Shown: in pieces, positions 30,045-39,121 of the stretch
Numbering within the stretch: the first letter of the stretch is position 1
How the letters are laid out: every line of letters begins with the position of its first letter
Assembly: GCA_047602885.1 (NCBI GenBank)
Contig: JBLKOQ010000005.1
Coordinates: 1 to 50,056 of the forward strand
Reading direction: 5' to 3'
DNA length: 50,056 nucleotides
From: Candidatus Woesearchaeota archaeon
GTDB lineage: Archaea; Nanobdellota; Nanobdellia; Woesearchaeales; WAPJ01
The notes under the pieces: generated by a model
Told to the model about the DNA's origin: nothing
The model's database searches: none
What the model saw: the letters and a program-made list of their open reading frames with translations, nothing else
Program-made: the position numbers and the translations under genes

Positions 30045-30090
30045 TATCGTCCAGAAAGGTTTAAGAATAATAAACTCCCGAATTTAGTGC

Positions 30091-30840
30091 ATGGAGCCAT
30101 TGGAATTCGCATTGTTTGCCCTTATAGGAATGGGCACAGGATTCCTCTCAGGACTGTTTGGTATAGGAGGGGGCAGCATTAGGATTCCTCTGCTTATGAT
30201 GATGGGCCTCCCTATAGTAAACGCTTATGCTACTAACATGATAGCCATATCGTTCTCTTCAGGAACTGCTGCCCTGGTTCAAAGAAAGAATATTGACTGG
30301 AAAATGGCCTATTATGTTATGATAGGAGGAGTCATAGGAGTGGGCCTTGCTACTTTACTGGTAGGAATAATATCCCCTATCATTCTTGCATGGATATTCC
30401 TTTTTGCTTCAATAGTTACTACTCTGGGTCTTTATCTTGAAAGTATCAGTCCTAAACTCTCAGGACGAATACACCCTAATAAGACTAATGTTGTAAGCGG
30501 AATATTCTTCCTTAATTTTATTATTGGTCTTAGGGGCGGTTCGGGAGGAACACTGTTTCCTCCTTTCCTGCATATGATGCATCTTGAGATGCACAGGGCA
30601 ATAGCCACTAGTCTTATGGCATCTTTTGTTACGGGAACTGTTGCTACGCTGATATACATTTTTAGGGGTGATGTATTGTGGATGATAGCATTGATTGTCG
30701 GTATTTTCGATATTTTAGGCGCTTATGCAGGAGGAAGAGTGTCTTTGAGGTCAGCATCCTCTTTTCTTAAGGCGGGGCTTGCTATACTCGTATTCATGCT
30801 TGCAGTATATGTTGTCTATAGTCAATATGCCCTCAGATAG
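30091..30840 (+). CDS. TauE/SafE sulfite-exporter family membrane protein
   Basis: GFLSGLFGIGGG, GGSGG, AIATSL; 8 TM helices. Confidence 0.9.
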   Translation: MEPLEFALFALIGMGTGFLSGLFGIGGGSIRIPLLMMMGLPIVNAYATNMIAISFSSGTAALVQRKNIDWKMAYYVMIGGVIGVGLATLLVGIISPIILAWIFLFASIVTTLGLYLESISPKLSGRIHPNKTNVVSGIFFLNFIIGLRGGSGGTLFPPFLHMMHLEMHRAIATSLMASFVTGTVATLIYIFRGDVLWMIALIVGIFDILGAYAGGRVSLRSASSFLKAGLAILVFMLAVYVVYSQYALR

Positions 30841-30864
30841 TAACACAATATTAGTCCTATTATT

Positions 30865-31845
30865 ATGATAGTGCCAATATTTTATAAGTTATATATGGCT
30901 ACTATTATCATGGAAGTACTCGATTTGAAAGGAGCATACAGAGTTATGACTTCCGCTGACCTTAGCACTCAATCAGTATTTCACGGTGATGAACGATTAT
31001 ATTATACCGAAGGAGTATTGTCCAGTATTGACGCTGACACTAGCATGTTCCTTATGGAACACAAAGTTCCAAGACCCATAATAGTAGGATACCATAATAC
31101 TGTTGCTATGCTTCCTAAGAATAATGATAAGTTTCCTGTTACTGGGATAATGCATTATTTTCTTGCGAAGACTCTTGCTGAGCAAGAACTGCAATTGGAT
31201 AATAATACTATAGCAGACCTTGACTGCGGCTCAGGGTTTCTGGGCAATTATCTCGGCTTAAATATCAGTGGTATGGATAATGGTCTATTGGTTTTTTCTG
31301 ACTCTTATCCTGAATCACTGGATGCAGCATTTCTATCTTACTTGATTAATAATAACTATGAACTCTCCGAGCTGACATTAGACAAACAAATTGACAGGGT
31401 ATTAGTGTCTCATGATAATGGAAAAAGAGCCTTGTTTTTGCGAGGTCATCATATGCTTTCATTAGAGGATATTGCTGCCGATATTGCCGTGTGCGCTCCT
31501 GACTATATTCCTTATTTATGGGACGATCATCCTGAATCCTACTATGTTTTAGGACAGGTATCAAAAAATATGGGATCTGAATTGTATGTTGCTCATTCCT
31601 CGCTGTCTAATGACGCTGTATTAGATGCGGTTTCACGAATGAATTCCAGTATAAGTACTATTGGTGAATTGGAAACTCCATTATTGTTGCAGGTTTCTGG
31701 CTCTAGAAAGCTTCCTACGCTTAACAGTCCTGAGGGTAGAGAAATTGTAGAAAGCCTTATTGATAAGGGCATGAGAATAATAACTAAAAATAGTTATAAG
31801 ATTCCTTACCATACTATTATGGTGTCCAAGATTACACACCAATAA
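30865..31845 (+). CDS. Divergent class I SAM-methyltransferase-like protein
   Basis: IADLDCGSGFLG motif I; APDYIP resembles xPPY. Confidence 0.55.
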   Translation: MIVPIFYKLYMATIIMEVLDLKGAYRVMTSADLSTQSVFHGDERLYYTEGVLSSIDADTSMFLMEHKVPRPIIVGYHNTVAMLPKNNDKFPVTGIMHYFLAKTLAEQELQLDNNTIADLDCGSGFLGNYLGLNISGMDNGLLVFSDSYPESLDAAFLSYLINNNYELSELTLDKQIDRVLVSHDNGKRALFLRGHHMLSLEDIAADIAVCAPDYIPYLWDDHPESYYVLGQVSKNMGSELYVAHSSLSNDAVLDAVSRMNSSISTIGELETPLLLQVSGSRKLPTLNSPEGREIVESLIDKGMRIITKNSYKIPYHTIMVSKITHQ

Positions 31846-31916
31846 CCATTTATCACTACTATAAAATAGCAAAATAATAGAAAGACTTATAAACATTTTG
31901 TCAACTCTCAGCTTTT

Positions 31917-32564
31917 ATGGAACAACCAAACCATGATAATCAGTTGGAAGCAATACTAAATTCTTTAGTGCATCATACTGTAAGCCCTTCAAGGTTTAGT
32001 GAATCTGAACTTAATGAAAAGATGAGCAATCCTAATCCTATTAGGAGCAAGTATAGCGTAGGGCAATATTATATTCCAAGCGAGTTGTTTACTATACCTG
32101 TAGAGTATGATATTCCCGAGGTAAAAGAATTCCATGCTAACAACAAGAGCTTTCAGACTATAGTGCCATCAGGCACTGTTCTTAAAGGCTATATTGTTGC
32201 AGAGTATGATGATAATGGCATTCTAACGTTGGAAGGGTATGCCCATCCGGAATACGAGCTTGTTAGGTTTAATGCGACTGGTAATGTAAAAAGTGCGACT
32301 ATAGTAAGGATTCCTACATTGTTTGATAACATACCCCGACTTAGAGAGGAAGCATCATTATACCCTATTAATAATGGGCATGACTCCCATAATATTAAGC
32401 TCTCACAACTTGCACTATCACGTGTTAATCCTAAAACATACGCTCCTAACGCTGCAATAATTAAAGGGTTAGAGCACAGCCTAAAAAACCATATACTGAT
32501 GCTTAAAGGAGATGATGGCAAACCAGTATATGATGGTGCTAAGGGTATGTTCATAAAAGACTAA
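31917..32564 (+). CDS. Hypothetical protein
   Basis: Open frame with upstream TATA (cttataaa). Confidence 0.6.
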   Translation: MEQPNHDNQLEAILNSLVHHTVSPSRFSESELNEKMSNPNPIRSKYSVGQYYIPSELFTIPVEYDIPEVKEFHANNKSFQTIVPSGTVLKGYIVAEYDDNGILTLEGYAHPEYELVRFNATGNVKSATIVRIPTLFDNIPRLREEASLYPINNGHDSHNIKLSQLALSRVNPKTYAPNAAIIKGLEHSLKNHILMLKGDDGKPVYDGAKGMFIKD

Positions 32565-32595
32565 TCCTTTTATACTATAGTCATATCTCAATATT

Positions 32596-33351
32596 ATGAA
32601 CCCGCCTTATTATTTTATTACAGCCAACGGAAAGACCAGAGCATACTATAATAATGTAAAGTATGAGGGCAAGGAAGGCATTATACCATTAGAACAAATA
32701 AATGATGCTGTTGATGGCGAATCGTTAAAGACTCATCTTGGCAAGAGCATTAGTATACACTCAGCGAATCCATTTGATATCATTGAAGATTTCAGGAGAG
32801 GACCTCAAACTATAGTGCTAAAGGATGCTATGTATATTATAGGACGTTTAGGCATCAATAAGAATAGCATAGTACTGGAGGGCGGTACAGGTTCTGGGAG
32901 CATGGCCGCATATTTTGCATTGTATTCTAGTAAAGTATACTCTTTTGAGCGCAGGAAAGAATTCTATGATATTAGTGCCAAGAACATAGGCCGTATTAAG
33001 AGTTATGACGCATTCTCAGATATTATTATGATAGAAGATGATATATCTTCAGCGCCAGCACATGTTAAAGAGAAGGTCGATGCAATATTCCTTGATGTTC
33101 CTGAGCCATGGAAATACTTAGAAATGCTAAAGCCACTGCTTAAGGATAATGGAAGGATAGCATGTTATGTCCCTAATGTTACTCAAGCTATCGAATTTGC
33201 GAATAGCCTTAAAGGATTCGTGTATGAAGAATGCTCTGAAGTAATGGTTAGGCAATGGAATGTTCATGGCAGGATAGCAAAGCCTCATAAAGAGCTGATG
33301 CATACTGCTTTCCTGTTGTTTGCACTTAACAAAAGAGCTGCGTTGCAGTAA
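32596..33351 (+). CDS. trmI: tRNA (adenine57/58-N1)-methyltransferase
   Basis: RGPQTIVLKD, VLEGGTGSG, LDVPEPW, YVPNVTQ, MHTAFL. Confidence 0.9.
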   Translation: MNPPYYFITANGKTRAYYNNVKYEGKEGIIPLEQINDAVDGESLKTHLGKSISIHSANPFDIIEDFRRGPQTIVLKDAMYIIGRLGINKNSIVLEGGTGSGSMAAYFALYSSKVYSFERRKEFYDISAKNIGRIKSYDAFSDIIMIEDDISSAPAHVKEKVDAIFLDVPEPWKYLEMLKPLLKDNGRIACYVPNVTQAIEFANSLKGFVYEECSEVMVRQWNVHGRIAKPHKELMHTAFLLFALNKRAALQ

Positions 33352-33472
33352 GGGTGTGCGACAGCCGTCAGCTGGAGCAAGAACAACTGTTCTTGCTTGA
33401 CGCTGATGGGCCGGGGGTTGGCCCCTGCGGGGTGGCGCATAGCACACCTTCACTGACATTTGCATCAGAGCC
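33339..33472 (+). mobile_element. 134-bp MITE-like structured element, copy 3
   Basis: Collinear with copies 1 and 2; flanks CAAAAGAGC / CAAAAAGAGC; supplies the trmI stop codon. Confidence 0.85.
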
Positions 33473-33516
33473 CAAAAAGAGCATAATATTTATAAGTTGC
33501 AGACTAGTCTATAGTA

Positions 33517-34149
33517 GTGGGGGATAGAATGAAAAAGAATATGTTGGTTAGAGACTTGATGGAATCAGGGGGTATTAGCGAATACCTTATAAGAGAATTT
33601 ACTCATGCACACTCTTTTCCTCTGGTAATGGACCTCGTATACAAAAAGAGGAATATCCAGGTTTCTTTGGACTATGAGGATGTAGAGATATGCTTTTCTA
33701 CAGCCAAGTATATAGAGAATTATTCTCTTAGTATGATTAAGCCCAAGAGGTTCACCAAGTCTTTTTGGAGCAGGCTTACAAGATTCCTGTTCAACTCTAC
33801 ATTGTATGCGAGGAGCGGTATATTCATGATAGAAACGAGCAGTCATTTTAATGACAGGGAGCTTTCTTTGATAGCGGAATTCTATTCGGAATTTTCTGAG
33901 AGATATCTTCAGGACGCTGATTTCTTTGTGGGCATAGGAATAAAAGTGAATCCAAATCTAAAAAACAGTGTTAGTTTCCACTCGCTAAGTTTCTATCCTA
34001 AGAGCGCTAAACTGTGCCAGTCATGCTACCAGAAAGTAGCCAAGTTTATTATTAGGGAAGGAGAAGAGCATTATCAGGCTTGCGAGAGATGCTCTCATAC
34101 CGAAAAACCTGCCAAACGCAAGAGAAGAGTATCTCAGAGGAGGAGATAG
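33517..34149 (+). CDS. Hypothetical protein resembling the FtsZ C-terminal domain plus a CxxC..CxxC zinc finger
   Basis: SLDYEDV (compare NLDFADV); ARSGIFMI...QDADFFVGIGIKVNPNL; CQSC...CERC. Confidence 0.5.
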   Translation: MGDRMKKNMLVRDLMESGGISEYLIREFTHAHSFPLVMDLVYKKRNIQVSLDYEDVEICFSTAKYIENYSLSMIKPKRFTKSFWSRLTRFLFNSTLYARSGIFMIETSSHFNDRELSLIAEFYSEFSERYLQDADFFVGIGIKVNPNLKNSVSFHSLSFYPKSAKLCQSCYQKVAKFIIREGEEHYQACERCSHTEKPAKRKRRVSQRRR

Positions 34150-34889
34150 TGGAGATTATAGAAACATTGAAGCATCATAGGACAATGTTGAAAGGCCATT
34201 ATAAGGCCATTAAGAATGTTGATAATAGGCTGACACAGGATTATAAGACTCATGAAGAAAGAGCTAGCAGGATTAGGGCTTTGATAGATTCTGGAAAGAT
34301 TATAGAGCATATTGGATTGAGGATTAATGCTCATAGGCATGGCAGGATAAGAAGCCATGACAACCCTATAGATGCTGAGCTTGAAGGACTAAGACAGTAT
34401 GTTGATACTATAGAGGAAGCCCATAATATTCTAATAGACTATCTTCATGAGCTGTCTGGTATGAAAGATATACTCATCTTTTTTCATGATAAGGTAGGCC
34501 ATGATTATGGCAATAAGATTGCAGCTCCATTATTGTTGGAAGCTGACACTCTCAGGCACCATATTGAAAGCGAGAATAAGCATGTTAGGGAAGACGAACT
34601 ATTATTGAAGAATCTTACTGAGACCATTGCTAGAGAGCGTAGCGCTCTTAGTATGATATTTTTGCATGACAACGACCATAATATTTGGAATAAGCAGCCT
34701 CCTATTAGTTTAATGCGCGAGAGGTTTAATAATACTGATCTCAATCTTAGAAGAATAGCTTCCAGAGTGCATTCCCATAATACACATCTTGAAAGCCATA
34801 TACTTTCTTATGTGAGAGAGCTCAATGCTGTTATTAGGGATTATGAGAGCATCATGCACTCTTATCGTAATTATAAGAAGGCCGCTTAA
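34080..34889 (+). CDS. Helical/coiled-coil His-rich hypothetical protein
   Basis: Long open frame, amphipathic helical pattern; start uncertain. Confidence 0.6.
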   Translation: MREMLSYRKTCQTQEKSISEEEIVEIIETLKHHRTMLKGHYKAIKNVDNRLTQDYKTHEERASRIRALIDSGKIIEHIGLRINAHRHGRIRSHDNPIDAELEGLRQYVDTIEEAHNILIDYLHELSGMKDILIFFHDKVGHDYGNKIAAPLLLEADTLRHHIESENKHVREDELLLKNLTETIARERSALSMIFLHDNDHNIWNKQPPISLMRERFNNTDLNLRRIASRVHSHNTHLESHILSYVRELNAVIRDYESIMHSYRNYKKAA

Positions 34890-34928
34890 AGACAAACAGA
34901 TATAAATGGTATGTTCTTCGCCAGACTT

Positions 34929-35014
34929 GCGGGGGTAGCAAAGCCTGGCCAAATGCGCAGGACTTAAGATCCTGTCCCTTAGTGGGTTCGCGGGTTCAAA
35001 TCCCGTCCCTCGCA
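34929..35014 (+). tRNA. tRNA-Leu(TAA)
   Basis: Acceptor GCGGGGG/CCCTCGC, anticodon arm CAGGA-CTTAAGA-TCCTG, long variable arm, GGTTCAAATCC. Confidence 0.95.
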
Positions 35015-35439
35015 TAAGGATTGATTCCTGGCAATGCATAACTTGCTATGTATCCTTGATTATAAGCTGTAGTAGGAGAGCCTCCAGGACTGGTACCTGT
35101 ATTAGCGAGTATTATTATAGCTGTTTTAGCGTCATATTCTATTCTTTCTTGAGAGTTAATCTTATCGTACTCTTCTTTTGATATCTCTATGAAGTGGGCT
35201 ATCGCATCATCAATAGCCTTTCCATGCAATGAGCGATAATCATGTTTTATTCCTGCAATGCCATTATTGTTGAGGCTTACTCCTATCATGCTGCCAAGTA
35301 GTCGTCTAATACCATTCTTTCCAGTGCTTGACATCGGAGTCATTATGTCATATGCCAATAATTGTTCCAGATTATGTTGTGAGAAGCCTACCTCTATTAA
35401 TGGCACGTTATCTTTCCTGAATACTATCTCGGCTCTCAT
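34996..35439 (-). CDS. Hypothetical protein
   Basis: 147-aa ORF; its end overlaps the tRNA-Leu 3' end antisense. Confidence 0.5.
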   Translation of the reverse strand: MRAEIVFRKDNVPLIEVGFSQHNLEQLLAYDIMTPMSSTGKNGIRRLLGSMIGVSLNNNGIAGIKHDYRSLHGKAIDDAIAHFIEISKEEYDKINSQERIEYDAKTAIIILANTGTSPGGSPTTAYNQGYIASYALPGINPYARDGI

Positions 35440-35523
35440 CCATAGAATACTATTGTGGGGGTGATTAAAAAAGGTATCGGTAGGGATATGTTTTTAAAAG
35501 ACCTATAATCTCTCCAGTATCAT

Positions 35524-35599
35524 GCCTCTGTGGCGCAGCCGGTAGCGCGCGTCCTTGGTAAGGACGAGGTCCCGGGTTCAAATCCCGGCAGAGGCTCCA
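35524..35599 (+). tRNA. tRNA-Thr(GGT), CCA encoded
   Basis: Acceptor GCCTCTG/CAGAGGC-T-CCA; CGTCC-TTGGTAA-GGACG. Confidence 0.95.
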
Positions 35600-35646
35600 T
35601 TCTTATTGCGACGTACTATTATATATTACTACATTATACTATTATC

Positions 35647-36027
35647 ATGCAAATCAATATACAAACGAATAAGCGTAACGAGATTATTGATATTACCGAT
35701 AAAGTTCAAAAGTCAATTAAAGATAATGGTAATGCTGTAATCATCAGCAATCCCCATACTACTTGCGGCATAATGGTTAACGAAGGATATGATCCTGATG
35801 TTGCCAATGATATTATTGCCAAACTCAATAATCTTATACCCAAGTCAGAATCGTATTATAGGCATGCTGAGGGAAACTCTGACTCTCATCTTAAGACTGC
35901 TATTATCGGAAACAGTGTTACGCTTCCTATGGACGATAACCATATTAGGCTTGGCAGGTGGCAGAGGATATTCCTATGCGAGTTTGACGGGCCAAGATTA
36001 AGAAAGGTAGATATCGACATATTGTAA
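35647..36027 (+). CDS. YjbQ/UPF0047 family protein
   Basis: IIDIT, HTTCG..NE..DPDV, HAEGNSDSHLK, LGRWQ..EFDGPR; the longer ORF start lies inside tRNA-Thr. Confidence 0.9.
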   Translation: MQINIQTNKRNEIIDITDKVQKSIKDNGNAVIISNPHTTCGIMVNEGYDPDVANDIIAKLNNLIPKSESYYRHAEGNSDSHLKTAIIGNSVTLPMDDNHIRLGRWQRIFLCEFDGPRLRKVDIDIL

Positions 36028-36043
36028 CTATAATACAATATTG

Positions 36044-37000
36044 CTATTCATATCTGAGCATTATAGGATCTATAGGAGTGTCTTTGAATGTCCCTCCTAA
36101 CCTTGCGACGGTATATTTTTGGGGACTGAATTCATTTCTTAGGCTTTCTATAAAAGGAATGTCTCCGTACGATTCTATTACCAGCATGTAATCATAGTAT
36201 CCAATCATCCGATATGCTTCTATTATGTTCTTGTTGTTTCTGAGGAATCTTACGAACTTTTCTGGCTCTGCTATATCCGCATTGGATAGTTTTACGAATA
36301 TGAAAAACTTGGATATTCCTATCTTATCATACCTAATGTTGCATGTATATCCCATTATTATCTGGTCATTCTCCATTTTTCCTAGCTCTTTTCTTGTCGT
36401 CTGCGGACTAAGTTTTGTTTTCTTTGACAGCTCGCTTATTGGCGCGGAGGCATCTTGTATTAGTATCTTAATGAGATTATATTGTCTCTTTGTGAGTTGA
36501 AGATTTCTATGTCCTGCGCTCATTTCTATACCCCTGCGAGGTTTGGTTCTTCTTTGATACTGCCTTCCGTAATGCCATTTTGATGTAATAGTGCTGTATT
36601 CAGGGCTTTCTATGTCCTCTGAATGTTTCTCTAACAGTTCCGCTAGAACTCTTTCTATTGCAGATATGCTCATTACATTGTATTCTGCTATGCAATCGTA
36701 TCCATATTGTCCAAGGTGTATTGAGCTGATTTCAGGAGTCTCTTTTAGGTATCCTATTATCTCTTTAAGTTTTGATGTTGAGTAGTGCTTTAGGTTAAAG
36801 AACATTATCATGCCAGTGTATCCCAGTAATAGTGTGTTTAGCAGTATCGTCTTATCTATAATCTTTGATTCTGACGATAGCTTTCTGTTAAGGTATGCTA
36901 CTCCTTGCGGTGTAATCCCCAGTTTTCTTGCCAGTTCAGAGTTGGATTGCCTGCTGTTGTTTGTCAATTCATATATGAGATATCCAATATTACGTTTCAT
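36044..37000 (-). CDS. Tandem (double) Lrp/AsnC transcriptional regulator
   Basis: Two HTH units: NSRQSNSELARKLGITPQ and DASAPISELSKKTKLS; GYYDY. Confidence 0.85.
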   Translation of the reverse strand: MKRNIGYLIYELTNNSRQSNSELARKLGITPQGVAYLNRKLSSESKIIDKTILLNTLLLGYTGMIMFFNLKHYSTSKLKEIIGYLKETPEISSIHLGQYGYDCIAEYNVMSISAIERVLAELLEKHSEDIESPEYSTITSKWHYGRQYQRRTKPRRGIEMSAGHRNLQLTKRQYNLIKILIQDASAPISELSKKTKLSPQTTRKELGKMENDQIIMGYTCNIRYDKIGISKFFIFVKLSNADIAEPEKFVRFLRNNKNIIEAYRMIGYYDYMLVIESYGDIPFIESLRNEFSPQKYTVARLGGTFKDTPIDPIMLRYE

Positions 37001-37095
37001 ATTTTTAATAATGACAATAATATATATAAATATTTCCTATATTTAAAGTATATTGTTTCCAAAATATTATAAGTGTTATGTGCTGCACTTGTCTT

Positions 37096-37231
37096 ATGGT
37101 ACGCGACTCTAATGAGGCTGATGAGGATGGTTGTAGGTATTCTTATAGTTTTATCATCATGCCTAGCGCCCTTTACTAACGAGTATTATTGTTATTGTAA
37201 TGCTCAAGGACTAGGTCTAAATCGTTGCCAT
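37096..37231 (+). promoter_or_regulatory. Candidate structured 5' leader RNA of the ATP-grasp operon
   Basis: Downstream of a TATA-like box (37066-37072); four complementary stems with G.U pairs, closing 8 nt before SD GGAGG. Confidence 0.45.
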
Positions 37232-37253
37232 GATATTATGGAGGGGAATTAGT

Positions 37254-38180
37254 ATGAAAGCAGTAATATTGCATGAGAACATTGAATGGGCAGAACTGCA
37301 GTTTTCCAAAGAGCTGCAAAATAGAGGAATAGAATGTACACTCCATGATATTAGGGACCTGGACGAAGGCAAAATAAAGGAGTTGTTGGATATGAACCCT
37401 GATCTTGTGTTGAACAGGGTATATCCCTCTGTTGCTTACAGGAATTATCATAATAACATTAAGGCTTTAGCGCTTATGAAAGAGTTTGAGAACAATGACA
37501 TTTTTTGTGTTAACTCTTATCAGACCACTAAAGCCGATTATAGCAAGCATAAATCCGCATCTATAATGGAGAATAATGGAGTGTCAACACCAAAAACATT
37601 ATACTTTTCCAAATATGAGTACGATATAGGAAAGATAGAGGATTTTGTGGCATTGCATGGATTTCCACTAATAATGAAAAGAGATATAGGGGGCAGAGGA
37701 AGGGATATCACCCTTATAGAATCAAAGGAACAGCTGTACCGACAGGTAATAAGAGTCCTTTTGGAAGTACAGTCAGACAATTATGAAGCAGGGTATGTCC
37801 TGCAGGAGTTCATTCATCCCGTAAGAAATCATGATTGCAGAATAGCCATAATAGACGGAAAATTCGTATTCTCGTATGGGAGAACACTAATTCCTAGACC
37901 TGGATTTAGTGAGAGCCCGTGGCTTGCGAGCGTTTCTAACGGCTCTCAAATAATATCTTACAGTCCTTCTGAAGAAGAAATTGAACTGGCTATTAAGGCA
38001 ACCAGTGCTATAGGAGCCTTGTTTAATGAGGTTGATATGACGTTTAGCTCTAAAGGACCTACGATCATAGAAAACAATCCATCCCCAAACTATGATCCAG
38101 GAGAAGAAGAGCTTATTGATAAAGCGGTCAGTCTAATACTTGCCAAGATTGGTGATAAGGTTGTTTTACGCCACGATTAA
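37254..38180 (+). CDS. RimK/LysX-family ATP-grasp ligase
   Basis: LNRV, VNS, PKT, FPLIMK..GGRG, LQEFI, DCR, VDM, ENN. Confidence 0.88.
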   Translation: MKAVILHENIEWAELQFSKELQNRGIECTLHDIRDLDEGKIKELLDMNPDLVLNRVYPSVAYRNYHNNIKALALMKEFENNDIFCVNSYQTTKADYSKHKSASIMENNGVSTPKTLYFSKYEYDIGKIEDFVALHGFPLIMKRDIGGRGRDITLIESKEQLYRQVIRVLLEVQSDNYEAGYVLQEFIHPVRNHDCRIAIIDGKFVFSYGRTLIPRPGFSESPWLASVSNGSQIISYSPSEEEIELAIKATSAIGALFNEVDMTFSSKGPTIIENNPSPNYDPGEEELIDKAVSLILAKIGDKVVLRHD

Positions 38181-39096
38181 CTCTTATATTCCAGACAATC
38201 CTTATTGCAATGAGGGAACAGCTGATTTTACACTGCGAATCCAGGAGAGAGGATTGGATCCTATACTACTATTTCCCAGTGAGATTGGCAAAGAAGATCC
38301 TCCGAGGCTGTTTAGGCCTCATTATTACAGGAAGAATGGGATTACAGGAATATTTTTGGAACAGTTATCTGAAGTTTTGGACTATGACTCTTTTTTTTGG
38401 GTTTATGGATTGGATGAACAAGAACCATCCATGAATTCAGGATTCTTTCCAGGCCTTAAAGAGTATAATGACAGTGGGATGAGGATGATGAACACTCCAG
38501 TGGCAGAATACTGGGCCGCATCAAAAAAGAACATACTAAAGCTTGACAGTATTCCTATTCCCCGTACATATATAGCAGACAGTGAAGATGATTTGTTGGA
38601 ATTGCTAAAAGATGAAGGCAGACTGGTTGCAAAGGCAGACTCCAGTTTTAGGGGTGCCAACATACATCTCATAGAACATACCAGTATTGGCTCAGAATCA
38701 TATAATGCAGTCGCATCAAATATTGAAGGCTACATATTACAAGAGTTAGTGCCCAACGATAACGAAACACGACTAATATATCTTGACGGAAAGCTTATAG
38801 CATCCCGCCAGATAATCAACAGGGAAACGCCATGGGAAAAGAGAACTGGCGATTATGCTAATAGAAAATCTGTTAATCGCAGTCTTAAAATACCATATAA
38901 TCCTTCGAAAGAGGAGTTGGATATAGCAAGTTCTATCATAGAGCAGACAGGAATGGAATACGGCTCGATAGACTTTTTTGTAGGCGACAAAATAGTAGTG
39001 AACGAAATCAACGGTTCAGGAACAGGAACAGAGCCATACAAAGGACTAATAATTACGGACATGCTACTAGACCATGTCATAAGGAAGTATCTGTAA
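38152..39096 (+). CDS. Glutathione-synthetase(GshB)-like ATP-grasp ligase, paralog A
   Basis: EGTADFTLRIQERG N-terminus, MNTP, AKADSSFRG, LQE, TRLIYLDG, IDF, NEIN; GTG start by collinearity with paralog B. Confidence 0.8.
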   Translation: MIRLFYATINSYIPDNPYCNEGTADFTLRIQERGLDPILLFPSEIGKEDPPRLFRPHYYRKNGITGIFLEQLSEVLDYDSFFWVYGLDEQEPSMNSGFFPGLKEYNDSGMRMMNTPVAEYWAASKKNILKLDSIPIPRTYIADSEDDLLELLKDEGRLVAKADSSFRGANIHLIEHTSIGSESYNAVASNIEGYILQELVPNDNETRLIYLDGKLIASRQIINRETPWEKRTGDYANRKSVNRSLKIPYNPSKEELDIASSIIEQTGMEYGSIDFFVGDKIVVNEINGSGTGTEPYKGLIITDMLLDHVIRKYL

Positions 39097-39121
39097 ATGG
39101 AAATGGCACTATATTGGAGAG

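Noticed and set aside
29869-30087. ORFs crossing the 134-bp element (also 33127-33465, 9821-10159 and the N-terminal extensions of 9154-10218 and 9857-11407)
   Set aside because: Shared peptide strings such as ERERTFTLDAD are read-through of a stop-poor GC-rich repeat
35530-35646. ORF-track starts inside tRNAs (35530, 43237, 34710-35039)
   Set aside because: They overlap clear tRNA genes; downstream ATGs were used instead or the ORF was dropped
37118-37160. Hammerhead ribozyme (CTGATGAG)
   Set aside because: No GAAA core after the stem; the same holds for CTGATG in the MITE
37078-37179. 33-aa ORF MCCTCLMVRDSNEADEDGC... as a graspetide precursor
   Set aside because: No SD, starts upstream of the likely TSS and has no recognisable leader or core motif; the RNA-structure reading fits better, though it is not excluded
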